Shown piece by piece: positions 45,043-55,360 of a DNA stretch of 64,000 nucleotides. The stretch is from positions 46,438 through 110,437 of IMG/VR virus record IMGVR_UViG_3300032323_001119, one strand, 5' to 3'. A program made the position numbers and the translations under genes. Under the pieces are notes generated by a model. That model saw nothing but the letters and a program-made list of their open reading frames with translations, was not told the DNA's origin and searched no databases. Position 1 is the first letter of the stretch. Every line of letters begins with the position of its first letter. Source of the DNA: a virus.

Positions 45043-46022
45043 TATATCAAAACCATTGTACTTAAGACATATGCTGACAAAAGCTGGTCTGCGTAGTTGT
45101 TTCCAGTGCCGCTAAATGTTGCAGTGTCATATTCAAACTGCCAGTCAAATGTCTGTATGCTCTTTAGGTACTTGTTTCTCCAGTCTTTATCTTTAGAGAA
45201 GAAGTCTTTCATTAGCTCTATAGCTGCTAATTGAACTTCATGAGGGACTTCATCCCAACCATATCTTCCTTCAATTCTATAAGCCCCGCCATTAACAAAT
45301 GACCCATTGCCGTAATCATTAATGCTTGGAGGAATCATTCCGTTAGCTGTATAAACAACATTGTCTAATAAGCCAGATTTATTGACCTTTATCCCGAATC
45401 CACTAGAAGATATTTCTACTGGAACATTCCAGTTATCAATGTTATTTAATCTATCTACTAAAAGAATATCGTTTAGGTGTATTGAGTGTATTTCATTTAT
45501 CTTGTATGGCAAAGGAAGAACCTCTGAGCCAGTAGCATAAATTATATTAACATCATCATACAAATAAAATTCTTGTCCAGTGTAGCTTTCAATTAGCTTT
45601 CTTGCATATCTTTCTGCAGCAGCTAAATCGGCAAATGTCTTGTAGTTAGGATCAGACTGATCAAAACCAAATCCTAATGTCTCTGCGGCTTCTGTTAAAT
45701 CAACATATGGCTTTACGACATCAAGCAAGTGCTCTTTTGTTACACTTTCTTCATCTACTTCATATTCCCAAACTAGCCTCAATGTCCTTGGTCTATCTGT
45801 TAAAGATATTGGAGGATATACCAGATATACGCCCCTATCTGTTTCTGCCTCTTCGGCAGTTTGGGTTAGAAGTAAAGTGTTTGGATTTATAGAAGGCTCT
45901 ACTGATGGATCATTTGTTACATCATAAAATTTAACAGTAGGCAAAGAGTCTGCTTGGGCTATCCCGCCCTTCCAAAATACTCTTTGCTTTACTGGTGAGT
46001 TTGTTCCTACTATAATTTCCAT
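45042..46022 (-). CDS. Head-tail adaptor with an N-terminal Ig-like extension
   Basis: PYVDL, ARKLIESYTGQEF, YGWDEVPHEVQLAA, ADQLLSAY. Confidence 0.75.
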   Translation of the reverse strand: MEIIVGTNSPVKQRVFWKGGIAQADSLPTVKFYDVTNDPSVEPSINPNTLLLTQTAEEAETDRGVYLVYPPISLTDRPRTLRLVWEYEVDEESVTKEHLLDVVKPYVDLTEAAETLGFGFDQSDPNYKTFADLAAAERYARKLIESYTGQEFYLYDDVNIIYATGSEVLPLPYKINEIHSIHLNDILLVDRLNNIDNWNVPVEISSSGFGIKVNKSGLLDNVVYTANGMIPPSINDYGNGSFVNGGAYRIEGRYGWDEVPHEVQLAAIELMKDFFSKDKDWRNKYLKSIQTFDWQFEYDTATFSGTGNNYADQLLSAYVLSTMVLI

Positions 46023-46037
46023 TTGTTGCGTTTAAGC

Positions 46038-46433
46038 TTAGCCGTAATATTCCTGAACTTCCTTTGGTGTGGCTAAACGAAAACCCTCCTCTTTATCAAA
46101 AATTTGTTGAGCTGAGTCTTTATGCATTGCTACAAACGGATGAGTCTGAGTAAATGTGTGACCCATAATATCGTATCTATGGTTTGCTCTTGTCATCATG
46201 ACCAATACTGTATCTTCTGTGCGCTCTGCCTTTGGATCAAATATTGGAAGAATCTCAACCTCTTCTTTTGCATCTTCTACGTCTTTTAGTGTTTTTTCAT
46301 ATACTGCATATGTAACACCTTCTTCTGCTAGTGCTGCAATTATATCCTGCTTGTTCTTAAGTCCGTCTGTTTCGACTGCAAACTCTTCTGCAATCGCCTT
46401 TAGTTCTCCGACCTTTAATGTGTCAAAAGACAT
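46038..46433 (-). CDS. Hypothetical protein with a Rho-N/HeH-like N-terminus
   Basis: LKVGELKAIAEEF...KQDIIAAL. Confidence 0.6.
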   Translation of the reverse strand: MSFDTLKVGELKAIAEEFAVETDGLKNKQDIIAALAEEGVTYAVYEKTLKDVEDAKEEVEILPIFDPKAERTEDTVLVMMTRANHRYDIMGHTFTQTHPFVAMHKDSAQQIFDKEEGFRLATPKEVQEYYG

Positions 46434-46484
46434 TTATTACTCCTTTTTCTAGGTAAAACCATTATAGCATTGTATAATTAAAAT

Positions 46485-46516
46485 GAAAAGCCCCCAAATT
46501 TAATTGGGGGCCTTTC
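46485..46516 (-). terminator. Intrinsic terminator after the major capsid gene
   Basis: GCCCCCAA-ATTTAA-TTGGGGGC with a T-rich tail on the minus strand. Confidence 0.75.
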
Positions 46517-46532
46517 TTAGATTAATTCCTAA

Positions 46533-47582
46533 TTAGGAAGCAACCTTAACGTTCTTTACAACTACCCAAGCATCTGCCTGTTCGATTTGAACGCCAACAC
46601 GAGTATACATTGTGTACTCGATTGAGTCCTTACGTGGCCAGAAGAATCGGTAAACAGTTACGTCACGCTTAACACCAACAACAACGTTGTTAGGGAATGT
46701 CAAGTGAACATCTCCGTGTGATCCTGTAGCCTGTGAGTAGTCACCAGTCTGTGTCTCTGGAAGAAGTGGAACTTCAACGATTGGAATACCGAAAGCGTAT
46801 GGAGCTACGTATCCTGCTGGTCCACCTAGAGGGGCGACATCTCCACGGATGATGCCTGAAGCAATATCCTGTGGGTTAACATTCTGGATGTTTTGTGATG
46901 TTGCGTATAGGTAATCCTGGATCAAGTTTGATCCTGCAAGGAAGCGTAGGTCTGTGCGACGCTGCTTGTACTTACGTGGAAGTGCCTTAAGTGCTGAGTT
47001 AAATACAGCACGTGAAAGTCCTGCACCTGCTGCGTCTACGACGTGTGCATTTGCCTTGGCCTTCTTTACAACACCGTCAAATGCCTTGTAAAGAGCATCT
47101 GATGAAAGTGCTGTGTTACCGTTAAGTAGAACGTCTTCAATGTCGTTACCAGCCTGAGTTGCCATCATACGTGCGATGTGGTCTTCTAGATCTGGACCTT
47201 CGATATTGTCTTCTAGTGACTCTGTTGAGAGCTCCCAGTCAAGACGTAGCTTCTTTGTTGTGAGAGAGATCTTTGAGAATGTGACTGCTGAATTTGTACC
47301 AGTGTTGTCACCTTCTGTAGCGAGCTTCATAAGCTTCTCGCCTACTCCGATTCTATCAATTTCTGTTGTGTCAGACTTCATTCTGACTGTACGTGCGACT
47401 TTTCCAATTACGGTTGCGTCGAACATATAGTCTAGGAAACGAGCTGATTGCTCTGGGTTGAGAAGACCACCATTGCCGTTTTCAGACGCAGTGTGAATTC
47501 CATCTCCACCAGTTGTTGATGCGAAAGTTCCTGTAGCTGTTGTTCCAGCTGCGATTGCTTTCTCTAATGTTTCATTACTCAT
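46533..47582 (-). CDS. Major capsid protein (HK97 fold)
   Basis: GGLLNPEQ, LSTESLEDNIEG, LNGNT, FGIPIVEVP; strongly biased codon usage. Confidence 0.92.
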   Translation of the reverse strand: MSNETLEKAIAAGTTATGTFASTTGGDGIHTASENGNGGLLNPEQSARFLDYMFDATVIGKVARTVRMKSDTTEIDRIGVGEKLMKLATEGDNTGTNSAVTFSKISLTTKKLRLDWELSTESLEDNIEGPDLEDHIARMMATQAGNDIEDVLLNGNTALSSDALYKAFDGVVKKAKANAHVVDAAGAGLSRAVFNSALKALPRKYKQRRTDLRFLAGSNLIQDYLYATSQNIQNVNPQDIASGIIRGDVAPLGGPAGYVAPYAFGIPIVEVPLLPETQTGDYSQATGSHGDVHLTFPNNVVVGVKRDVTVYRFFWPRKDSIEYTMYTRVGVQIEQADAWVVVKNVKVAS

Positions 47583-47597
47583 ATTATTTCACCTACC

Positions 47598-48968
47598 CTA
47601 GTTAAATATTTCGTTTACGGAACCGAGGAAAGAACCGTTCCATTTTGATTTGTTTTTTGCTAATACCTCAGACCCGCCAAGGTCAGAGGACTTCTTAATT
47701 GCTGTATCGCCTTCTACGGCATCTACACGCTTTTGAACACCATCAATGGTGCTCTTTATTTCTGAAACAGCTGCACTAAGTGCGCTGTGCTTTTCTGCTA
47801 ATTCTGTAATTTGAGCGTTAACGCCCTTGCTAAAAGTCTCTACAGTTTCCTTGATTTCTGAAACCTGCACTGCATTTGCCTCTGTAGCCTTGCTAAGAGT
47901 ATCTGCAAAGAATCCCTTTAGGTCTACTAACATTTTTGCAAAATCAGGCTCTTCATTTTCTACTGCAGTATCTGCTGGAAGAGCATCAACCGACTTAAAG
48001 ACATCTACAGAAGCAGAGTCTGCATCTTCTGCTGAATCAGCAGCTGGTGCATCTTCGACAACAGGAGCATCAGATGCTACTACGGTCTCTTCAACGATTG
48101 CTTCGACAGCTGGTGCTTCTGCAACTGGTGTTGCTTCTACAACTGCTGGATCTTCAGCTTTTACGTTTAGTTTTTCCACTTCATTACCTCCTTGTACGTT
48201 TGCCTGTTTTGCGATTGTTTGTGTTGCAGGCAACGAAACTCTTGACTTCTGAAATGAAGCAAGAATCTTATCTATCTCTTTTGATTTGTTTGTGTCTGAG
48301 CTTTCAACCCATCCAATTAGCGCTGCATCTTTTCCAGTAACTGGAGAGACGTATGTTTTTTCTGTCGAGATAAAAACAGAATCGCTTTCTTCGCAATAAA
48401 AAATATTTTCAGTAACTACATCTGCAGCCATGCCCTTAAATATAAGTTGGCCATTCATTTTTTCAATTGATACAATATTGCACATTTCATTAGCTGGTGA
48501 ATCAACAATAGAAAGTTCAACAAGGTCGTACTCTTTAATAAATCTTACAGTTTGTCCTGTAGCCTTATTGATCTCGTTGTCTGATTCTTTAATCTTTCCG
48601 CCGATTGAAAAACCAGTGAGAGTGCCATCTAAAACTTTTTCCCAAGTATCTTGTGCGCCTTTTGAAATGTAAGAAGTTACATAAACTCCGTTATAAAATT
48701 CTTTAGACTTTACGTCATAAAATGTTTCTGGTTTAAATGAAACAACTTTACCTACGGCCAATGGCTGATGCATTTCTCTTAAGTTTCCTCTAAAACTTTC
48801 AAATGCTTTTAAGCTTGCTTCAGCAGTTACGACGTCTCCTGTTTGGTCTACGTTATCAAGTGTAGCAAAACCAGAGACTGTTCTTGTCTCTCTGTTTACT
48901 TTTGTAAATGGGACAGAGAGGTGTATATTTTGGCCTTCTGAGGACCATTGAGATTTTTCAATGTTCAT
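47598..48968 (-). CDS. Prohead protease fused to scaffold
   Basis: VSGFAT..VDQTGD, REMH, GFSIGG, ELSIVDSPAN; acidic Pro/Ala linker and coiled-coil C-terminus. Confidence 0.9.
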   Translation of the reverse strand: MNIEKSQWSSEGQNIHLSVPFTKVNRETRTVSGFATLDNVDQTGDVVTAEASLKAFESFRGNLREMHQPLAVGKVVSFKPETFYDVKSKEFYNGVYVTSYISKGAQDTWEKVLDGTLTGFSIGGKIKESDNEINKATGQTVRFIKEYDLVELSIVDSPANEMCNIVSIEKMNGQLIFKGMAADVVTENIFYCEESDSVFISTEKTYVSPVTGKDAALIGWVESSDTNKSKEIDKILASFQKSRVSLPATQTIAKQANVQGGNEVEKLNVKAEDPAVVEATPVAEAPAVEAIVEETVVASDAPVVEDAPAADSAEDADSASVDVFKSVDALPADTAVENEEPDFAKMLVDLKGFFADTLSKATEANAVQVSEIKETVETFSKGVNAQITELAEKHSALSAAVSEIKSTIDGVQKRVDAVEGDTAIKKSSDLGGSEVLAKNKSKWNGSFLGSVNEIFN

Positions 48969-49021
48969 ATGCTTAATTTTATACGTGTCTATCTAAAAAT
49001 GCAAATAGCAGTTGATTAGAT

Positions 49022-50605
49022 TTAGTCGACCCTATTTCCTTCACCTTTAGCATTTCTTCCTTCTCCAACTTTATCTGAAGAAGCGGCAGATCTTTCTGAG
49101 TCCCTGGCTCTTGTCTTGCCAGCATTAGCTCTTTGATCGGCAGCCTGCTGAGGCTTTAGCTCTACCATTTCATCTCCGCCATCTACGGGAATCATGCCTT
49201 TTCTAATTCTTACCTCATTAGGGGTAATTACCTGCATTCTAAGATATCTTTCATCTATCTGAGATTGCGTATCTTCATCGGTCAATGTAAGCTCTTCGAA
49301 TTTAATCTTTAGGGCGTCAGTCTTTTCTTCAATTATTGCATTAATTCTTTTTTCTAGTCTCATTTGTGCTGGACGGCAAACCTGCTCTTTAAATGTCTTG
49401 TCTGCGTCCCTTGCAACTGCTAAATTAACTCCCTCTGGAGTTCCAATTTTATTAATTGGGACACGGTGAGCTAAAAGTATTTCATCTCTATTAGATTGTC
49501 TATATATATTAAATGAAGATTCTTGAGCACCAGCTTCAACTGGCTCCATCTTAAATTCAACTTTATTGTCTGGAGTATCTGCTGGAAGTGGGATATACAA
49601 GGATCTATGATTCTTGCCTTTTAATCCAACCTGAAAAAACTCTAGTAGTTTTCTTTCTGACTCTGGAGAAAGCTTTGCTCCCTTTACTGTAATAATATAT
49701 CTTGGGACCGCCTTGTTTTCAAAGTAGTCAAGGTTATATCTTCCAGCAAACTCGTTACCAGCCAAAGACATCTGTGCAGCAACTATATCTGGAATTCCAT
49801 AATAGTTGTTCATTGGTGTGTACTTCTTTAGATGAATAATTTCATTTGGACGATCTTCAACATCGCCAATTGGATTAGGTGTATCTAAGTCTCCAAAGTT
49901 TCTAAAGAATACAGCCTTGCCGTAAAGCAACTGCATAAAGCCATCACGAAGTCTTCTTACTCGCATTGTCTTTGCTGGTATATGACCGATATATCCTATA
50001 TCTCCTGCTGTTGTTCTACCAATTTCAATATAGCCATTTCCTGTAGCCTCTAGATCAGTGTAAACCTTTATTAGTGTTTCAGTAAAAGTATCTTCATCAT
50101 TAGTGGTATCAAGCCACTCTTGCAAATCCTGCTTTAGCTTGTTAAGCTTTCTTCTAGCTCTTTCTAATTGCTTTGTATCTGTTATGGCATCTATAGCGTC
50201 ATTAGTTTTTCTAGTCTCTGTAAATGAGTATCCTAGACCAACAATGTTTGCCACCTTTGCATTGATTGCAGCATAATTGTATGTTGAAACTTCATAAATC
50301 TGAGATAAGTATTCCAAATTATATATTGGCTGAACAAGATCAAACATTGCATAGCCAGTAACGGCTTGCTGAAGAAGATTCTGCTGTGTTGCTGCTCCAT
50401 CTTTACCAGTAAATGACTTTGCAAAATCTCTATTTACTTTTCTTTTAAAATTGGTGCCAAGCCCTCTTACCTTTTTTAGCTCATCCATTCCAATGGCAAA
50501 CGGATCTACGTGCTCTTTTTCTTTTTTAAATGAAAAAAGATCTGAGCTATTTTTTACAGAAACCTCATATGTATCTTCTGGACCATCTTCTAGAAACTGT
50601 GTCAT
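49022..50605 (-). CDS. Portal protein
   Basis: DLEATGNGYIE, EIIHLK, YYGIPD, ILLAHRVP, ITPNEVR. Confidence 0.93.
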   Translation of the reverse strand: MTQFLEDGPEDTYEVSVKNSSDLFSFKKEKEHVDPFAIGMDELKKVRGLGTNFKRKVNRDFAKSFTGKDGAATQQNLLQQAVTGYAMFDLVQPIYNLEYLSQIYEVSTYNYAAINAKVANIVGLGYSFTETRKTNDAIDAITDTKQLERARRKLNKLKQDLQEWLDTTNDEDTFTETLIKVYTDLEATGNGYIEIGRTTAGDIGYIGHIPAKTMRVRRLRDGFMQLLYGKAVFFRNFGDLDTPNPIGDVEDRPNEIIHLKKYTPMNNYYGIPDIVAAQMSLAGNEFAGRYNLDYFENKAVPRYIITVKGAKLSPESERKLLEFFQVGLKGKNHRSLYIPLPADTPDNKVEFKMEPVEAGAQESSFNIYRQSNRDEILLAHRVPINKIGTPEGVNLAVARDADKTFKEQVCRPAQMRLEKRINAIIEEKTDALKIKFEELTLTDEDTQSQIDERYLRMQVITPNEVRIRKGMIPVDGGDEMVELKPQQAADQRANAGKTRARDSERSAASSDKVGEGRNAKGEGNRVD

Positions 50606-50940
50606 TTAACAGATCCTCCTCTTAATACTGAATCTTTGTACTCTCCTATATCAAGAGGGTCTGGCGTCAGCCCCCACTTAAGTCTTTGATTCTGATATTC
50701 AAACTCTTCGTCGTCAATCTTTCTTCTTCCAGACAAAAACTTAGGCTGGCCCTCATAAATTCCATAGTGTCTTACTGCATCTGCTAACAAAGCCATTCTG
50801 GAACGGTTTCCTTTTTTAGAAGTTATTGAAAGAAAGTTTCCGTCGTCGTCGCCAATCCATCGTCCGTCTGGCATTTCCCATACGTATATTCCGAGAGTGG
50901 TTTCCTCGATTACTTGGCTTTTTTGGTTTAAGATGTCCAT
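50602..50940 (-). CDS. Hypothetical protein
   Basis: 112-aa ORF coupled to the portal gene. Confidence 0.7.
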   Translation of the reverse strand: MDILNQKSQVIEETTLGIYVWEMPDGRWIGDDDGNFLSITSKKGNRSRMALLADAVRHYGIYEGQPKFLSGRRKIDDEEFEYQNQRLKWGLTPDPLDIGEYKDSVLRGGSVK

Positions 50941-51024
50941 ATGTTAAATAGTTTACCATTGTTCTTAGCAAAAGTCCAGCTTATGTACAAACAAGTGACA
51001 CTTTTTACAAATTGTGGTAGCAGA

Positions 51025-52827
51025 TTAGTCAAAAATTCTTACAAAGTTAGGGGTACTGTCAATTCCAGTGTTGCTTTCAGATATGGTAATGCCTGGGTCA
51101 TCCACTAGGAAAGAATTGTCTGAGCAATATAGCTTGTAGTTATGCTGAGCTTCTGACTCAGTAAAGTCTTTTACATAAAACGCTATATTGTTATATGTGC
51201 TTGATGAGCCATATACGGAGCCAGATTGATTTTGATTAAACTTAATATTATCTGCTGCTGAGTCCAAAACAATAACTATATGGTGGGATACTCCCTCAAG
51301 AAGAAATGATGATATATTTGTCTCGTCTGTACGATCTACTCCATTTACATATATTGATTGAATTCCTGTTTTACTAATTAGGCCTGCGCTTGACCATGAA
51401 ATCTCAGATGAGCTTGATGAGAATAATACGTTGTTTGTGCCTCTTGGCGAAAAGAACAATTCTACTGTTTTTGGACTTATTGGAAGATCTACAGAAAATC
51501 CATGACCGTCGTACATTGAAAGTCCATTGTACTTGTTTTGTATTCTGACTGGATAGTTGTAGTAGCCTAAAGAATAGTCATAGTCGGAATATATTTTTGC
51601 GCCAGAATTGTCGGCATAAAGATCGTTATTAGAATATAAATCTATTTCCAACCCATCAAAATATGGTAGGTCGAAAGAAGAGTCTGCTGTTGTCATGGTG
51701 ACACGAATATCTAGTATTGGGCTATTTAAGTTTTCATTTTTATTAAAGTATGGGATAGGAGAATTGTTGTGACAAACTGCCCACTCTTGTCCTGGAACAC
51801 TAACTTCAACTAAAATATTTTTAACATCTTGGCCATATTTAAGTCTAGATGAAACTATTGACTCTGGGTTTGCAACATAAAGTCTTTCTTCAAATGAAAA
51901 AGTTTTTTCTTCTGGCGTTTCCGTTAAAGCAAACTCTATTCTATTTAGTGCTGGGTTGTAATATGCATCTTCTGATACTAAGTCTTCCAATAACTTTATT
52001 CCAGGATATCTATAAGATATGTCTGGTCTTATTGTTAAAGAATTTAAAGAAAACAGGATGCCTTCGTTGGAATAAACAATTTGAGAGTACTTTGTTTCTT
52101 TGTACCCAGCTTTATAATGTTTGTTGGCTATCTCTTCATTAATTTCATAATCATATATGGCTGCTGAATCTACAATAAACCTTTTACCAATATTTGATGG
52201 GCCAATATTTAAGCTAGCGGACTCATTAGTAAACTTAAAACCATTTTCTATAAACTTTTCTGAGGCCAGCTTGCCATCAACATATAGGGACAACTTGTTT
52301 TTTGAAAATACTCCAGCAACATGCATTGCTTGTGTTTTAGTAATTTTGTGGTTTACATATACATCTTCTGAACACTTAAATATAATATTTTCATTTAGAT
52401 AAAATAATCCTATTTGATTTTGTAGGTCACCTAGCACTAAATATTCTTCTAGATCATTCGGGCTTGGGCTAAACCATATTTCAAATGAAAATGGGCTGTC
52501 TGGTCTTTTGTTTGTTGCAACCCCTAAAGCTTTTAGTTGTATTACTGTGTCTTCATTGATTTCAGTTCCTCTAACTCCCGCTCCAATAATAGGGAGAACC
52601 TCCATGTCAGATGTGTTTAGGGCATAGCCTTCCATAGCATTTCCAGAATAATCTATTATGGGCAAACCGCTAATGGCTGCATAAGAAATTCCATTATCTT
52701 TTAAATCTTGATATGTAGAATATAACGTTGTTAAATTAGAGTATACGCCAACTTCACCAGAACGAACTTCGTCTAGCAAAAAAAATGCAAGTGGGTTATC
52801 CTGTAAGACAGTGTATTTATATGACAT
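51025..52827 (-). CDS. LamG/concanavalin-A-like virion protein
   Basis: VLQDNPLAFFLLDE, SFEIWF, HVAGVF, LYVDG, AAIYDY. Confidence 0.75.
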   Translation of the reverse strand: MSYKYTVLQDNPLAFFLLDEVRSGEVGVYSNLTTLYSTYQDLKDNGISYAAISGLPIIDYSGNAMEGYALNTSDMEVLPIIGAGVRGTEINEDTVIQLKALGVATNKRPDSPFSFEIWFSPSPNDLEEYLVLGDLQNQIGLFYLNENIIFKCSEDVYVNHKITKTQAMHVAGVFSKNKLSLYVDGKLASEKFIENGFKFTNESASLNIGPSNIGKRFIVDSAAIYDYEINEEIANKHYKAGYKETKYSQIVYSNEGILFSLNSLTIRPDISYRYPGIKLLEDLVSEDAYYNPALNRIEFALTETPEEKTFSFEERLYVANPESIVSSRLKYGQDVKNILVEVSVPGQEWAVCHNNSPIPYFNKNENLNSPILDIRVTMTTADSSFDLPYFDGLEIDLYSNNDLYADNSGAKIYSDYDYSLGYYNYPVRIQNKYNGLSMYDGHGFSVDLPISPKTVELFFSPRGTNNVLFSSSSSEISWSSAGLISKTGIQSIYVNGVDRTDETNISSFLLEGVSHHIVIVLDSAADNIKFNQNQSGSVYGSSSTYNNIAFYVKDFTESEAQHNYKLYCSDNSFLVDDPGITISESNTGIDSTPNFVRIFD

Positions 52828-52830
52828 GTC

Positions 52831-53940
52831 TTAGATCTCTTCTAGTGCTTTAACTCTCGCTGTAAGCTCTTGTACCGCTTTAATTAATGGTGCTATAAAT
52901 TCTTCATACCTTAATGCTTGCTCAGAGTCTGGATCTTCTTTGTTTAAAAGCACCCATCCTCCAAAATCAACTTGAGCTTCATCAAGTACTTCTTTTACTT
53001 CTTGTGCTATTAGGCCATAGTGTGTTCTTGAGCCAGGAATAGAAATAGCATCTCCGTCAACTATTTCTTTACCGCCTTCTATAAACTTATAGCTTACTGG
53101 ATTTAAATTGTTTATAAAGTCAAGCCCAAGTGCTGACTGAGCAATTTCTGTTTTTAATCTTTGATCTGATGTGTTAATTGTTCCAGTATTGGAAAATATT
53201 GTTTTCCAAAATCTATTTGATGTTACTCCGTTTGGTGTGTCTATTGGCTGACCAAGATTGTAAAGATTGTTAAATGTTGGGTACCAACTAGAGTTTACGC
53301 CTAGCCCATTTGAAGTTGGTATGTTTAAAGATATTGTTGTAGGCACTGGATCTATTGTTGCACTTGAGCCAGGAATTCCTTGTGGGCCTTGAGGGCCCGT
53401 TAAGCCAGTTGCACCTCTAGGAATTGTAAATGCAAAAACTGCATTTGAAGCCGTACCAGTATTTGTCACTGAAGCATTAGTGCCTGCGGCACCTGTTGTT
53501 GTTGTTCCAACTGCTAAAGTTGTAGGACCCTGCGGACCAGCAGGACCCTGCGGACCAGCAGGCCCCTGTGGCAAGACAAGGTTGAGTGTCTGAGATGGGC
53601 TAGTGCCAGTAATAGTTGCAGATGCAGAACCACCTTGCTCAACGCTCCCAATCGACAAAACATTAGCTGGTCCAGGACCGCCAATTATTCCATCCACACC
53701 TCTTGGTAATGTTAAGTTTAATATTGCAGCTGATGCAGTTCCAACATTTACAACTGAAGCTGGAGTGCTTGCGCTAACGGTTGTTACAGAGCCTATTTCT
53801 AAGGTCCCTGCAGGCCCCTGTGGGCCTGGATGATCATCTAAGTATGCATCTACGTCGGCAGCTAGGTACCCAAGGTCCCTAGGGACATCTGGAGTATCTG
53901 TGTATTGAGGATATCTAAATCCTTTTCCTGTTTCACCCAT
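52831..53940 (-). CDS. Collagen-repeat fibre protein with a peptidase S74 chaperone domain
   Basis: GPQGPAG/GPAGPQGPAGPQGP tracts; SDQRLK, LNPVSY, HYGLIAQEV, LRYEEFIAPLIKAVQEL. Confidence 0.85.
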   Translation of the reverse strand: MGETGKGFRYPQYTDTPDVPRDLGYLAADVDAYLDDHPGPQGPAGTLEIGSVTTVSASTPASVVNVGTASAAILNLTLPRGVDGIIGGPGPANVLSIGSVEQGGSASATITGTSPSQTLNLVLPQGPAGPQGPAGPQGPTTLAVGTTTTGAAGTNASVTNTGTASNAVFAFTIPRGATGLTGPQGPQGIPGSSATIDPVPTTISLNIPTSNGLGVNSSWYPTFNNLYNLGQPIDTPNGVTSNRFWKTIFSNTGTINTSDQRLKTEIAQSALGLDFINNLNPVSYKFIEGGKEIVDGDAISIPGSRTHYGLIAQEVKEVLDEAQVDFGGWVLLNKEDPDSEQALRYEEFIAPLIKAVQELTARVKALEEI

Positions 53941-53960
53941 TTTTTTATTATACCACCTAA

Positions 53961-54611
53961 TTACTTAATATATACGTGTGCTGGGCTCATGTATCTTGTG
54001 CCAGATATAATTGGCTTTACTTCATGAATGAATGGCTCCTGAGAAGGGAACATTATCATACTGCCAGCTTTAGGCTTTATTGTTATGTTATGATTTGGAA
54101 AACTAATTTCTCCACCTTCATAGTCATCATTAATATATGCCACAAGCGAGAAAGCTAACTCTGTATGTCCATCTTGTCCATCAAAGTGCGGTCCCATTGA
54201 CTGCCCTTCATTCCAGGCCTTAATTTTAACATTATTTATGTCTAAATTATATTTGCTTTTGTCAAGCCCTTGACCATCGAGGTACCTATCTGTACACATT
54301 TCAAAAGCCATTAAGAAGCTATTTGCTATGTAAAGAGTTTTTTTGTCTACTATATCAGAGCCAGTAGATGTTTTTAGCTTAGAGCGATCTATATTTTTTG
54401 TTTTACCATAAACTAAGCTTGTATCATTGCTAGCTGTCCAATTTTCCCACTTAGATATTCTAGAGTAAGACAGTGGCTCTTCATCGATCTTGTCTATAAA
54501 TGATTTTAATTCTACTGGAAAACTTAAAGTGTTTTCCCAATACCAAATCTGTGGAGAAAGCACTTGAAGGTCAAACATTATAAATTGTTTAAACTCTACA
54601 TTTTTTTGCAT
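53961..54611 (-). CDS. 2OG-Fe(II) oxygenase, prolyl-hydroxylase-like
   Basis: PHFD, YINDDYEGGEI, FPS..HEVKPIISGTRY. Confidence 0.9.
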   Translation of the reverse strand: MQKNVEFKQFIMFDLQVLSPQIWYWENTLSFPVELKSFIDKIDEEPLSYSRISKWENWTASNDTSLVYGKTKNIDRSKLKTSTGSDIVDKKTLYIANSFLMAFEMCTDRYLDGQGLDKSKYNLDINNVKIKAWNEGQSMGPHFDGQDGHTELAFSLVAYINDDYEGGEISFPNHNITIKPKAGSMIMFPSQEPFIHEVKPIISGTRYMSPAHVYIK

Positions 54612-55360
54612 TACTCAACTTCCTTAGCTGGATATTTTTCTCCCTGTGGAGTTATTCTTAGTCCTTCTTCTCTGATAGCTTCCCATTCGGCAGCCTCTGT
54701 TTTTTGATATGCTCTTACTTCAGCAAGCTCAGCTGCCCATTCATCTCTTAATTCTTGTGGATAGTCTGACTCTTCTCTGTCATCCCAAAAAGATCCAAGA
54801 GTGTATCGAATTGCTTTCTTTACAGTTGTGACTTCATGAGTATTTTCAAATCCTCCAGCAAATGTTGCCATCCTTCCAGTTTTTGGAACAATAGTCAACC
54901 CATGCTTAAAGTTTAAAACCCCATCTTCAAAATCATCATTTAAATAAATAAATGTTGCATATCTACTTCTTGTAAATGCGCCAGACTTACCTTCGTTATC
55001 TGTATTGTCTGAATGCATATTTGCAAATGCACCTGGTGCCCATCTTTGAGAGTGCCAACTAATTTGTGACATCTGCTCAGGTTTTTTACCAGCCATATCG
55101 GCTGTTGCATCGATAACCCTCTGTCTTAAAACCTGAAAAAAATCTCCTGGTAATCCACAGGCGATTGTGTCTGGGTCATTTACTTCTGGCATTCCAGATG
55201 AATATGATTCGTAAAAAGAAATAGGCATCCATTTTAATTCTTCTTTTTGCATTTTTATGTCTAGGACTTTAATAACTGCAGCGCACTCTTCTGGAGTAAG
55301 GAAGTTGTCATAGACAACAATGTCTGATTTATGTCTTGTTATTTCCATATCTCTTTCCAT
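54611..55360 (-). CDS. 2OG-Fe(II) oxygenase, prolyl-hydroxylase-like
   Basis: VYDNFLTPEEC, MHSD, YLNDDFEDG, HEVTTV..RY. Confidence 0.9.
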   Translation of the reverse strand: MERDMEITRHKSDIVVYDNFLTPEECAAVIKVLDIKMQKEELKWMPISFYESYSSGMPEVNDPDTIACGLPGDFFQVLRQRVIDATADMAGKKPEQMSQISWHSQRWAPGAFANMHSDNTDNEGKSGAFTRSRYATFIYLNDDFEDGVLNFKHGLTIVPKTGRMATFAGGFENTHEVTTVKKAIRYTLGSFWDDREESDYPQELRDEWAAELAEVRAYQKTEAAEWEAIREEGLRITPQGEKYPAKEVE